From NCBI GenBank assembly GCA_002269645.1, contig NIVC01000303.1, forward strand, positions 1-64,000: a stretch of 64,000 nt of DNA, read 5' to 3'. Both the position numbers and the translations under genes were made by a program. A model generated the notes under the pieces. It was not told the DNA's origin, made no database searches, and worked only from the letters and a program-made list of their open reading frames with translations. Origin of the DNA: Macrostomum lignano (taxonomy: Eukaryota). Positions 48,586-61,250 of this stretch are shown here, in pieces (position 1 is the stretch's first letter; every line of letters starts with the position of its first letter).

Positions 48586-49384
48586 TAGAGTGTGAGATCC
48601 AGATTTCTAACCCCACAAAATGAGTCATTTTTCAAGTTGAACTAATTCACACATTTTCTATAGTGCACATGTATTTCCAAATTCCAACCCAGTTTTACTA
48701 ATATTCTGAGCTAAGTTCGATACAGTTTTAATCTTAGCTTTTTATTTGTGTAGCGCACATTCCAACCGCGTAGTTTTCGAATTTGCATTCCCAGCGTACT
48801 TAAAACAATAAAAGTCATTTATTAAACGTACTTATGCACCTGTTGCAGCTAATCTTGATCTCTGCGTTCTACTCGTTATAATAAACTTTTTTATGCGTCT
48901 CTCTCTCTCACTACTTAGTTTTGTTAACTTAGTAGGCGCAGAAGGAAATTTGTAGTAAATATTGTTGTGCTGAAAAAATATTTGTGCCATTTTAGAAATC
49001 TCTGCTAAGTAATTTTAGCAATTTTTTTGCTGTAATTTTTTAGTGGATCTACTGAAGTATTTGAGATTGAGATGATTCAAAATGTTTCACTTTTTGAAAA
49101 TTCGATGTTAAATCTTTTTTTCATCTCTTGTTATTATGGTTTATCTGAGAAGTTACTATTTACGACATGCATTGTTTCGATTAATTGATTTTTTGATGCA
49201 CAGCTTTGAATCTCAGCCTAGGAGTGAAGTTCTAATCTCAACTCTGATTTGTGTCTTAGTGTATCTCATTTCAACTGGATCTGCTTGTAATCATACCGCC
49301 TTTCTAATCCGCCTTGCATACATGTACGTCCATATTCTGTGATCAGCATCCTTTCCTGACTAATCTCACCCATGTTGTCTCACC

Positions 49385-49880
49385 CTTATCTAATCCCATC
49401 ATTATCTAATCTCAGCCGCTTTACTTCTCTCATCTCATATCTCTTTCTGTCTAATTTCACCCCCTAATTTATCTGTCTAATCTCATTCCTCTATCTAATA
49501 TTACCCTTATCTAATCTCAGCCCTCTACGGCCTGTCCAATCTCACCCTTTTATCTGTCTAATCTCATCTATCTATTTGTCTAATCTCATCCCCCTATCTG
49601 TCCAATCTCACCATTATCTAATCTCACCCTTCTATCTGTCCAATCTCACTATTATCTAATCTCATCCTTCTATCTGTCACATCTCACTATTATCTAATCT
49701 CACCCTTCTATCCGTCTAATCTCATCCTTCTATATCTGTCTAATCTCATCCTTCTATATCTGTCTAATCTCATCCTTCTATCTATCCAATCTCACCCTTA
49801 TCTATTCTCACTCTCTACTGTTTTTCCATACATTTATCTAATCTCACTCCTCTTACCTGTCAAATATAACCCTTAGACTT
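49385..49880. repeat. Degenerate TATCT(GTC)TAATCTCA minisatellite
   Basis: Recurrent TAATCTCA/CAATCTCA cores at irregular spacing of about 15-25 bp. Confidence 0.75.
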
Positions 49881-50414
49881 GTCTAATCTCCTCAATTTTC
49901 TATCTATTTGATCTCAGCTTCTCTCCTACTCGTTTTTCAATTTTATAACTTGCTCAAATTGTAACTCTTGATTGTGCCATTTGTTTATTAATTTGCTGTT
50001 TAAATGAGTCAAATTTGTTCCTATGATAGTAGCTCGTACTAGATGCGGTAATTATGCAATATATAAGTCGGTGTACTATAATTAGGAATCGATAATAATA
50101 TTATATTTTTGTTGGTGTTGTTCTTATTGAAATACCTTTTTTCACCGCCTTTATTACTACATAACGATTTTAAGTTGCAATTCGTGTATTTTTTGAGGAT
50201 TGTGCAATAGTTCAAGTGTAGTTTATTATCACCTTGCCTCAATTATACCACTGGCTGTGCCATTATCATTTTGAAGGTGTTGCGTTTGTGTCAATAATAC
50301 CTTAGAGCAGGAGCTTATATTTTAATTGGCGTTTAGTTAAACGTAAATGTATGCCAATTAAATAAATAATTGTCGTTTCCTATCAGTCTCTGTTGAATTA
50401 TTTTGATATCATCG

Positions 50415-50955
50415 CGGTGATTCTCAGTCTGGTTTATCGGTGATTCTCAGTCTGGTTTATCGGTGATTCTCAGTCTGGTTTATCAGCGATTCTCAGTCTG
50501 GTTTATCAGCGATTCTCAGTCTGGTTTATCGGTGATTGTCAGTCTGGTTTATCAGCGATTCTCAGTCTGGTTTATCGGTGATTGTCAGTCTGGTTTATCA
50601 GCGATTCTCAGTCTGGTTTATCAGCGATTCTCAGTCTGGTTTATCGGTGATTGTCAGTCTGGTTTATCAGCGATTCTCAGTCTGGTTTATCAGCGATTCT
50701 CAGTCTGGTTTATCGGTGATTGTCAGTCTGGTTTATCAGCGATTCTCAGTCTGGTTTATCAGCGATTCTCAGTCTGGTTTATCGGTGATTCTCAGTCTGG
50801 TTTATCGGTGATTGTCAGTCTGGTTTATCAGCGATTCTCAGTCTGGTTTATCAGCGATTCTCAGTCTGGTTTATCGGTGATTGTCAGTCTGGTTTATCAG
50901 CGATTCTCAGTCTGGTTTATCAGCGATTCTCAGTCTGGTTTATCGGTGATTGTTA
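50415..50955. repeat. 23-bp minisatellite (GATTCTCAGTCTGGTTTATCGGT)
   Basis: Period 23 (50419 to 50442); source of the ORFs at 50463-50969. Confidence 0.97.
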
Positions 50956-52091
50956 ATGCTGCTATTTAGGAAGATTTATTCGAATTCGATGTAGGAGCGA
51001 ACACACAGCAATCTATATATTTTTCAGAGTAAAAAGCGTTTGCAAAACACTTCAGGGTAGTCATAGAGTGCAAATGCAAACATTCAATTTTATTTTAGTC
51101 TTTGTTCAAGAGCGGCCTTGATAACACAAAGCACCTCAGTTGAAGTCCATTCCACAATTCCTAGTCAGTCAGTGAGTCACTCCGCCAGTCATGTGATGCG
51201 ATGAATTTGCGTTCTTTAATTGTCCAATTCTTTAACGCTTTCACAAAAAACAGATGCTAGGCTTGATTACGAAGATTGGACAAGTAAAGCGCTGAAAACC
51301 AAAAATTCAAGTGCAAAGAGGGCAAACAGAACTTGTTTCGTTTTGCTGTTGAATGCATTTAGAAAATCACGTGCTTTCTTAAATTCTTATGCTAGGGCTT
51401 GCTTGTTCGTCTGCAAATAATCATCTGCATATGGCAGCATAGCATCGCACAGCTGGTGGTGGTTGTCTGTCTGTCCTGGATAGATGGATGGCGGATGATG
51501 CCCGTGCTTGTGCCTGTGCAGGCAGGCTAAGCCATAAAAGGCAGACGAATAGAAAGCAAGAGATTTGGCCTAGAACTGGAACTTTATCAACTACTAAAAG
51601 TTGCGGCCTTGCGGCCGGGGCGGGCGGGCCCAAGGCCACAAGCAAAGCCTCTCCTGCTACTGACTAATGCCCCCCCCGATCTTGTCCTTATTGGGCCAAG
51701 CGGGTGAAGGGACAGGGAGGAAAGGGAAACGGGGTTTATAGGATTATCAGTAAGATCCACGAGATGTGGAGGCCCAAGGCCGAGGAGGGGGTGGGTTTTC
51801 CTTATATTTAAAGTGAATGTACACCATAGAATCGGAATGTACATTCGCCCCTCCCCATAAGTCGAGTGTACAACCGAACAACTCCCCAACTCCCCCCATG
51901 GGCCCCGGAAAACGACGTCATTTTTTCTGATCTAAATGAACCCAAGCCCCCCCCCGCCGCCCCATAAAACCGGCACCCATCCAGTTCTGCCCTCAGCCCT
52001 CACAGCCCCCCTCCCAAATTCACATCAGCGAAGCCAAGCCCCCGTTCTTTTTTGTATCTCCTCTCCTCTCCCCTTACCCCAGGCCCCAGCC

Positions 52092-52099
52092 TATATAAA
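52092..52099 (+). promoter_or_regulatory. TATA box of the secreted cationic peptide gene
   Basis: TATATAAA 126 nt upstream of the ATG at 52225, preceded by a GC/C-rich upstream region with a CRE-like CGACGTCA near 51915. Confidence 0.65.
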
Positions 52100-52224
52100 C
52101 GTAGCAATTTTCCGCGCCTGTAAGAATTTCCTCCCCAAGAATTCTGCTTGCTTGGTTTCTTGGTTGATCCTCTTGACTATCCTAGGACCTCCTCCTACTA
52201 GATCCTATCGTACTAATCCTAACT

Positions 52225-52835
52225 ATGGGCCTGCCAACGGTAGCTCTGGCTCTATGCCTGTTCGCGGCGGCTGTCTATTATCCAGCAGAGGCTATGCCGC
52301 AACCCCCGTCTGCCGATGACAAAGGTCTGGTGCCTGTCGGAGAATCCGGGACCGGAGTGTAAGTTGATCGAGCATTACTTATGTATGCATTTTGAGTATT
52401 ATTAGCATTACAAGTTTATTTTTTATTTGTACATATTGTCTACTTTTTTGAGTAGTAAAATCAATATTTTTCGCGCAATTTTATAGTCAACGCCAGCAGC
52501 CGGGAGCTGCCAGCGGCGCTGGCGCCGTGGACGCCCAGACTCAGACAGACGGCGCCGCTCAGCAGAGCGACCGTCGGCGCGGTCGCGGCCGCGGCCGCAA
52601 AGGCCGTCGCAATCGCAAGGGCAAGCGTCGCGAAGGCAAGCGCAACCGGTGCCGCACGCCCGAGTGCAAACGAGAGCGCCGATTGCGCCGCAAGCAGCGC
52701 CGGGAGCAGCGCCGGCAGCGCAAGAACGGACGCCGCGGCGGCAGGGGCGGCAGAGGCCGGCGCCGTCGCAAGGATCGCAAGCAGCGGCCGCAGGAGCCGC
52801 AGCTGCCACAGGCTCCCGCTCCGGTGCCTCAATAA
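52225..52835 (+). CDS. Two-exon gene (52225-52358, 52487-52835) for a 160-aa secreted Arg/Lys-rich peptide of unknown family
   Basis: Exon 1 encodes a signal-peptide-like MGLPTVALALCLFAAAVYYPAEA. Consensus donor GT|GTAAGT at 52359 and acceptor TTTTATAG at 52486 are both phase 2 and join in frame (483 nt). AT-rich 128-nt intron between GC-rich exons; upstream TATA box; AATAAA at 52831-52836 overlapping the stop. Confidence 0.8.
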
Positions 52836-54466
52836 ATGTTAATTATCAATTATCATCAGCCTGGACTCAGCACCTGCATTAGTTAATCTATTTTGTACTT
52901 TTATTACAGCTAATTAAACAAACTGGCAAGCAATTTGTATAGTTTATTATTTTAGCCGAATTGCAAATTTCTTAAAATTTGAATTCGCGCCTTAATTCGT
53001 CATTTGACGAGTTAAAACAAAACGAAAGTTAATTTCCGGCTTTTCAAAAATTAATTTTCCACTTCATAATCGTTTAACCTACTATATAAGTAGCACAGTT
53101 AGCGCACATTCTTACAATAGCTTTTGTCCGAATGCGTTGCATTCTTGCTTTCTGACTGGTTTGATTTTTTTTCTTATAATAAGGCATTCTTTCATAACAG
53201 CCCTAGCCCCTCCTTTAATTAATATAAAATTATTGCATAGTATAAAAATTAAAATAGCGATTGCTTTACCGCAAACCCGACCTGTTTTCTATATTAAATA
53301 TACTGATTCAAAATTTAAAAAATAAATAAGTCGTTTGTTTTAAAATAATGCGATTCTTGAGCAATATTATTTTCTTTGGGAGCCACTTCGCCCGCTTCAC
53401 TAAAGCACACAAATGAATTATATAATAATTTGCATAATTATTAATCAAGCTTTTATTGATTTATTATTAAATATTTGTCTTTTTTCCAATTCATTTTTCT
53501 TTACACCAACAGACCATTGAACATTGTTTTCAATTGCGGTTTGTTAAAAGCAAGAAACAAACTAACAAAGTAAATTAACACATACGAAGCAAACCGAGAA
53601 CACTTGAATGCTCCATTGATTGAACAAACACAATGAACACGAGCGAGAGTAGTATATAGTTAAGTATTAGTAGTATAATGACGAGCCGTTTTCTTGTTGG
53701 CGGAGAATTAAAACTTGAAAAAAAACTTGATTTGTTATACAATACAAATCGGAACGCAAAGGTCGCTTAGGAGAGCTGAAATATCGCGGATGAGACACTG
53801 GTTGGAGAGAATCTCAATATTTGACGATTGGCTCGAATCAAGTTCTCTGTATCCGGGTTTGCCAGACTTTAATAATTAAGTAGTATTTTAGGATTTTTAT
53901 ACCTATTTAAACAATGCACAGAAATTCAACTGTAAACTACTTATTCAATGAGTAGTAGTAGAGGATATTAAAAGTAGCCATTTAGTCACAAATTTCACCA
54001 AAATAATCTGGCAAACCCGGGTTACACACAGCTGAGAGAACAATCAAAAGTGCGCCAATGCAGTTCGATCTTTATTACTTTAATTTTATAGTAGTAACAG
54101 TGGTATCCGCACTTGTTTGCAAAAGTTATTGTTTCGGAACAGAAAATGCTAATGTAATATTTTCTTTAAAGTTTGCAACGTACTTCGCTTGTTTTTGCTT
54201 GAGGAAAAACAGTCAAAGAGATGGAACAAAAATATTATAATATAAATTATACGAAGGGGAAATGAAGAAGAGTATCTGTTTCACCCAATAAATACTGAAT
54301 ATTTGAACTTCTACACTGCAAAGGTGTCAAGCGATCATGATGGTGACAGACGGATGAACGAACAAAAAACACACGCCTAACAAGTACGACTGGGGCAGAC
54401 ACACTGTTGAATAGGATTTCTGAGCTTTGCCTTAAATCACTGAACTAGCCCCAATACATCAAGGAG

Positions 54467-57400
54467 TCATCTTGCCAGACGCCTTCTGGCTTGGATTCGA
54501 CTACGGTTCGGCCGATTTGACGCCGGTACCGACTGGGCGTTGAACGGGTTGCCGGCACTGCAATTTTGCGAGAGTATGAATGAGAACAGTCATAAACTAC
54601 TTACAGATCAGTCATAACTCTACTCCCCAGTCATTGGTCATAAAGCTGCTCATACAACAGTCATAAAGATACCCACAAAACAGTCACAAAGCTACTCATA
54701 CAACAGCCATAAAGCTACTCATACAACAGCCATAAAGCTACTCATACAACAGCCATAAAGCTACTCATACAACAGCCATAAAGCTACTCATACAACAGCC
54801 ATAAAGCTACTCATACAACAGTCATAAAGCTACCCACAAAACAGTCATCAAGCTACTCATACAACAGCCATAAAGCTACTCATACAACAGTCATAAAGAT
54901 ACCCACAAAACAGTCACAAAGCTACTCATACAACAGCCATAAAGCTACTCATACAACAGCCATAAAGCTACCCACAAAACAGTCATCAAGCTATTCATAC
55001 AACAGCCATAAAGCTACCCACAAAACAGTCATCAAGCTACTCATACAACAGTCATAAAGATACCCACAAAACAGTCATCAAGCTACTCATACAACAGTCA
55101 TAAAGATACCCACAAAACAGTCATCAAGCTACTCATACAACAGCCATAAAGCTACTCATACAACAGCCATAAAGCTACCCACAAAACAGTCATCAAGCTA
55201 CTCATACAACAGTCATAGAGATACCCACAAAACAGTCATCAAGCTACTCATACAACAGCCATAAAGCTACTCATACAACAGCCATAAAGCTACTCATACA
55301 ACAGTCATAAAGCTACCCACAAAACAGTCATCAAGCTACTCATACAACAGCCATAAAGCTACTCATACAACAGTCATAAAGATACCCACAAAACAGTCAC
55401 AAAGCTACTCATACAACAGCCATAAAGCTACTCATACAACAGCCATAAAGCTACCCACAAAACAGTCATCAAGCTATTCATACAACAGCCATAAAGCTAC
55501 CCACAAAACAGTCATCAAGCTACTCATACAACAGTCATAAAGATACCCACAAAACAGTCATCAAGCTACTCATACAACAGTCATAAAGATACCCACAAAA
55601 CAGTCATCAAGCTACTCATACAACAGCCATAAAGCTACTCATACAATGATACAACAGCCATAAAGCTACCCACAAAACAGCCATAAAGCTACTCATACAA
55701 CAGCCATAAAGCTACTCATACAACAGCCATAAAGCTACCCACAAAACAGTCATCAAGCTACTCATACAACAGTCATAAAGATACCCACAAAACAGTCACA
55801 AAGCTACTCATACAACAGCCATAAAGCTACTCATACAACAGTCATAAAGATACCCACAAAACAGTCACAAAGCTACTCATACAACAGCCATAAAGCTACT
55901 CATACAACAGCCATAAAGCTACTCATACAACAGTCATCAAGCTACTCATACAACAGTCATAAAGCTACCCACAAAACAGTCATCAAGCTACTCATACAAC
56001 AGCCATAAAGCTACTCATACAACAGTCATAAAGATACCCACAAAACAGTCACAAAGCTACTCATACAACAGCCATAAAGCTACTCATACAACAGCCATAA
56101 AGCTACCCACAAAACAGTCATCAAGCTATTCATACAACAGCCATAAAGCTACCCACAAAACAGTCATCAAGCTACTCATACAACAGTCATAAAGATACCC
56201 ACAAAACAGTCATCAAGCTACTCATACAACAGTCATAAAGATACCCACAAAACAGTCATCAAGCTACTCATACAACAGCCATAAAGCTACTCATACAACA
56301 GCCATAAAGCTACTCATACAACAGCCATAAAGCTACCCACAAAACAGTCATCAAGCTACTCATACAACAGTCATAAAGATACCCACAAAACAGTCACAAA
56401 GCTACTCATACAACAGCCATAAAGCTACTCATACAACAGTCATAAAGATACCCACAAAACAGTCACAAAGCTACTCATACAACAGCCATAAAGCTACTCA
56501 TACAACAGCCATAAAGCTACCCACAAAACAGTCATCAAGCTACTCATACAACAGTCATAAAGCTACCCACAAAACAGTCATCAAGCTACTCATACAACAG
56601 TCATAAAGATACCCACAAAACAGTCATCAAGCTACTCATACAACAGTCATAAAGCTGCTCACAGAACAGTCATGAATCTACCCACAAAACAGTCATAAAG
56701 CTACCCACAGAGCTGTCATAAAGCTACTCATACAACAGTCATAAAGCTAATCACAGGATAGCCATCGGTCATAAAAGCTACTCCAACTAAGCGACATGAG
56801 CACTCACGCATCCGGTGGCAAATTTGCTGGCTGCCCAGCATGCAACAATTGCTGCGACGGTTGCTGCTGCTGCTGCGTGGCTGCAGGTCTGGAGGCGCCA
56901 AACACAAAAGTTGAAGCCGCGCCGCTTGGCGGATTGGCGCCGAAAACAAAAGTTGACGACGCCGCACTCGGTTTGGGCTCGGCATCCAAATCGACAACAG
57001 GCTGGGGAGCCTGAGCTGGCGCCAGTTTAGAGCCGAATAGCCCAGGCGGTGGTGCGGCGGCGCCTGGCGCACTATTGGCACCATTGGCGCCTCCAAACAG
57101 ACTGGCGCCATTTGACCCGCCCCCAGCGCCAAAGTTAAAAGCTGGCGCCGTCAGCTGCGATGGCGCCGAAGAGTCGGACAATTTTGATAGCTTATTGCTG
57201 GGCTGATCTGGCGCCGGCGCCGCTGGCGCGGAGGCGCCAAAAGCGAACGGAGCTGCAGTGGTAGCAGCGGCGGTGGCGGCTGGTCCCGCGCTAAAATTGA
57301 AGTTCATCGAAGGCTTAATCGATGTCGTTGTTGTTGAACTGTCCAGATTTAATTTCCGCTTTGAATCTCTCGACGACGCCGGGGTAGCGGCGGAGGCGGC

Positions 57401-60355
57401 GCTATTAAAGGAAAACAACCCGGCTGGTGCCGCAGATGCGGCGGCGCCAAAAGTCGGCGCTGGCGCCGCTGCCGATGATGAAGCTACAAAACTGAGCTTT
57501 GGACCACCATCGTTGGATGCTGAATTGCCAAACAATCCGAAGCTAGACTTTGGCACGGCATCGCTTGCGGCAGCTGAAGATGAAGCAGGAGCAGTGCTTG
57601 AAGAGACAAACGATGGAGCTCGAAATCCAGTCATACCACTTTGACCTGCTGATGGCGTACCCGACGAAATGCCAAAACTAATCTTTGGACCAGCTTCACT
57701 TGTAGCTGATGAAACTCCAAAGCTGACTTTCGCTGGGGAATCAGTCAAAGCTCCAGACAAAGGAGTACTAAAACTGATCTTTAGGCCAGACGCTACCGAT
57801 GATGGAGCGCCTAGACTGATCTTCGGTCCAACATCACTTTGAACAGCTAGGGCACCTGATGAAGCTCCAAGGTTTATTTTCGGTCCAGCATCACTTTGAG
57901 CTGCTGATGCAACCGATGAAGCTCCAAAACTGATTTTCGGTCCAGAATCACTCTGAGCTGCTGATGCAACCGATGAAGCTCCAAAGTTAATCTTCGGTCC
58001 AGCATCACTCTGAGCTGCTGATGCAACTGATGAAGCCCCAAAGTTAATCTTCGGTCCAGCATTACTCTGAGCTGCTGATGCAACTGATGAAGCTCCAAAA
58101 CTTATCTTCGGGCCAGAATCACTTGTAGTTCCAGACGATGGAGCACCAAAGCTGATCTTTGGCCCAGCATCACTTGTAGTTCCAGACGATGGGGCACCAA
58201 AGCTGATCTTCGGCCCAGCATCACTTGTAGTTCCAGACGATGGGGCACCAAAGCTGATCTTCGGCCCAGCATCACTTGTAGTTCCAGACGATGGAGCACC
58301 AAAGCTGATCTTCGGCCCAGCATCACTGTCACTTGCCGCAGCACTGGATGGTTTTGACACTGCACCTGGCCTAGGCGACTCGCAAGCAATGCAACGACTA
58401 ACAGAGACAACATTTTCAACAAGACAGGTGTCGCATTGCCACTTTGACGAGGCACTGGACTGTTGGTGCTGCTGATGCTGCTGCGAGAACATTGAAAATA
58501 TCGGAACAGTAGCTGGTCCACGGTCAATAAAACTTGGCCGCTTTGTCATACCGCCACTAGACTGAGCTGACGCCGGAGCTGTAACAGCACTAGACAATGG
58601 TCGTTTCTCTTGGCACACAACGCACACCTGAGAACTAGCTGGACTGGTGCACATACAGGTATTGCAACGCCATTCACCTGTGCCTGTCTCCGCTGATGCA
58701 GTTGACGATGCCTTAGCAGCAGTCGAAGTCATCGTAGATGTACCGGTGCTTGACGAAGACGGCCGTTTCTCTTGGCAGACAACGCACACCTGGGAACTAG
58801 CTGGACTGGTGCACATACAGGTATCGCATCGCCATTCTCCAGCAGCGTTCGCTGCCGCGGTGGCAGGAGCACTAACCGATGCTGCTGGAACCGCAGCAGA
58901 CCCTGACAATGAAGGTCGCTTCTCCTGACAGACTACACAAACCTGCGACGAAGCTGGACTGGTGCACATGCAGGTAGAACAGCGCCAATCTGTTGATGCA
59001 GCCGCCGAAGTTGAAGGCGCAACAGCACTGACGGCACTGGAAGCAGATAGTTGTTGCTTAGACTTCAAAGCGCAACTAGTGCAAGTTTTAACTCCTGGTT
59101 GATTAGTAACCATGCAACTGAGGCATTGCCAACCGGTGCTAGCGGAACTGCTACTAGTAGTAGCAGAAGCAGTAGTTGACGATTTTCCACGAAATATAGG
59201 CACAGAAAATTGAAATTGCATTGCTTCATCGTCTAATATCAGCGGCTGTTGCTGTTGCTGGTGGGACTGCTGCTTCTGGCGACTATCTAACCCTGCAGTT
59301 CGATAATTATCCGAAGCGATGGAGGCCGGCGCCGGCTGCTGATGCTGACCGCGCGACGGCGGCGTCCCGACGCCGCCACCAGCTTGAAATCGACGCCGAT
59401 AAGCAATCCGATAAGGCGGAGCGAATACCGCATTGGAACTACTACTATTAGTAGTAGCATTATTCTCATGATTGTTATTTAAACTTGAACCAGAGTAAGG
59501 AGTCGATGGAATACGACGAGCGTCTGTCAAAGGAGTTGATAGTCGATCCAGAGCGTCGAGAATCTTTTTGGCTGTAGGCGTCACCAAGTGTGGCTGCTGC
59601 TGCTGCTGCTGCTGCAAGTTGGAGAAGCTGTCCGATTGAGTCTCCAACTGTAACGGAGTGACTCTCACTGACCTACCAGGCTGAGCAGCAGCCGCCTGAG
59701 CATTGAATCTGCCGCCGTAACCTGTACGACCCGGATAGAATAAAGATGTTGAGGATGAAGACGGAGACGAGCCCAGCATAGCCATGGTTCTCGATCGCTT
59801 AGCCGAATTGCCCAGATTTAAGCTGAACTCATCATCATGGTGCCGCCTCTTGCCGCGTTCCACATTGGAAGAAACTGTTGCTGATGACCACAGATGACTG
59901 CAATTGTTGTTGCTGCTAGGGCGATTTGCCGGCCCAGTCATGACGTCATCAGTGGCGGTTCCGCCTAGACCGCGGCGACGTCTTGCCTGCTGCTGAGAGG
60001 CCGACTGTTGCTGTTGCTGTTGAGGCGATGACTGACGGGGAGAAATACCGATTGCCGACTCTGCTGTGGAATCCGACTGTTGCTGAGGCTGCTGCTGCTG
60101 CTGACTGGTGGCAGGCTAGATAGTGATGTGGGAAAAAAACAACAGAATTATGACGTACTGAAAAATCAAAATACAATTACTTTATTCTATACGCAGGCAT
60201 ACAGACGCTCACACAGGGTGTACATGTACAGCGATAACACTAATTGATTAAACATGCCCTAATAGACAAATGTGCAACCGACAGCTCAGCCGCAGCTATT
60301 GCGCAACGCATCTAAAGGCTGCGTACGGCTGTTCAGTCCAAGGACTGGGGGGTCG

Positions 60356-60394
<39 letters not shown>

Positions 60395-61077
60395 CAATTA
60401 CCCCAGCTAATACTGGCACCCATTTTACAGCTGGGTGAACTGAAGCAATGCAGAGTTAAGAGTGTCTTGCTCAAGGCCACAGATTGTTCTGAGTGGGTCA
60501 GGAATCGAACCCTTGACCTTCCAGTCGTGAATCTGACGCTCTAAACCACTAGGCTACAAGTCCCTAGGCTGACAACTTTAGTTTACGTGTAGAATACCTA
60601 AATAAATGGGACATGGAATCGAGTCTTTAATTAAATTAAACATTAATTTGGAGCTAAATTGGAATCCCGACTTGGCTCTGCTCGTGCAATTAACGCCTTT
60701 GAGAGGGCCAACCCCCAAGGCACAATGAGGTGGACATGCCTAAGGGTAAATAAAGTTAGGGCCGCTGCAAACTCCTGTGTGAGTGTCTGTCCAGGGAGTC
60801 GTGTGTGACAATGTCGCTTATATTGCGTGCACATTGCTTGATTATTAGTTACGTCACGAGGTGACAAGCAGTAATGCCTATAATTCTAATCACTATGTAG
60901 CACACTTCAACTGTTTTCTTAATCTTCAATTATACATACCTGACCGTGATTACTATTACTAACATGATTTCCATCGGTTTGTCCAGTAGCTGAGGCGCTG
61001 ACTCCTTCGCCTCGACGGTTAGGCGTCAGAGCGTTGGACACAAACGATGGCACCAGAAAAGAGGTGAGGCGCTTCAT
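54467..61077 (-). CDS. NUP153: Nuclear pore basket protein Nup153, about 1178 aa from the ATG at 61077; exons 61077-60940, 60115-56808, 54557-54467 (a further upstream exon is possible, acceptor at 61084)
   Basis: MKRLTSFLVPSFVS resembles KNIVPGWL; FYPGRTGYGG; TAKKILDALDRLSTPLTDARRIP; five W-x-C-x2-C...C-x2-C RanBP2 fingers; FG/FxFG region; basic tail NRSRIQARRRLAR*. Phase-0 and phase-2 introns join in frame (3537 nt). Confidence 0.92.
54585..56775. repeat. 23-bp minisatellite (AGCCATAAAGCTACTCATACAAC and variants) filling the last Nup153 intron
   Basis: Period 23, about 95 units, two alternating subtypes. Confidence 0.98.
60190..60560 (-). mobile_element. tRNA-derived CORE-type SINE in a Nup153 intron
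   Basis: Minus strand: A box TAGTGGTTTAG (60551-60541) and B box GGTTCGATTCC (60511-60501), followed by GTGGCCTTGAGCAAGACACTCTTAACTCTGCATTGCTTCAGTTCACCCAGCTGTAAAATGGG (60480-60418), which resembles the MIR CORE consensus; internal (CA)n. Confidence 0.8.
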
Positions 61078-61250
61078 TATGTTCTAAAATGGATGTTACA
61101 TTTACAGTATGTACACGAGTTGTAGCTTAAATAAAAACATTTGATACCATTAGGTATATTCAGTTTTGAAATCATAAAAAGGACACTACTGACTAAGTAG
61201 TAGCATTGAATAATATACTTTAGTTTGTGAAATTTTTTAAGTACCTAAAA

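Noticed and set aside
52423-52832. Minus-strand Cys/Ala-rich and Ala/Leu hydrophobic ORFs
   Set aside because: Antisense shadows of the GC-rich Arg codons; TATA, signal exon, splice sites and AATAAA all point to the plus strand.
56802-56808. In-frame stop codons embedded in donors (GTGAGT, GTAAGT) as regulated truncation
   Set aside because: An expected by-product of the donor consensus; no evidence for intron retention.
60500-60560. tRNA gene
   Set aside because: Has A and B boxes but runs into a CORE-like body instead of completing an acceptor stem, so it is a SINE head.
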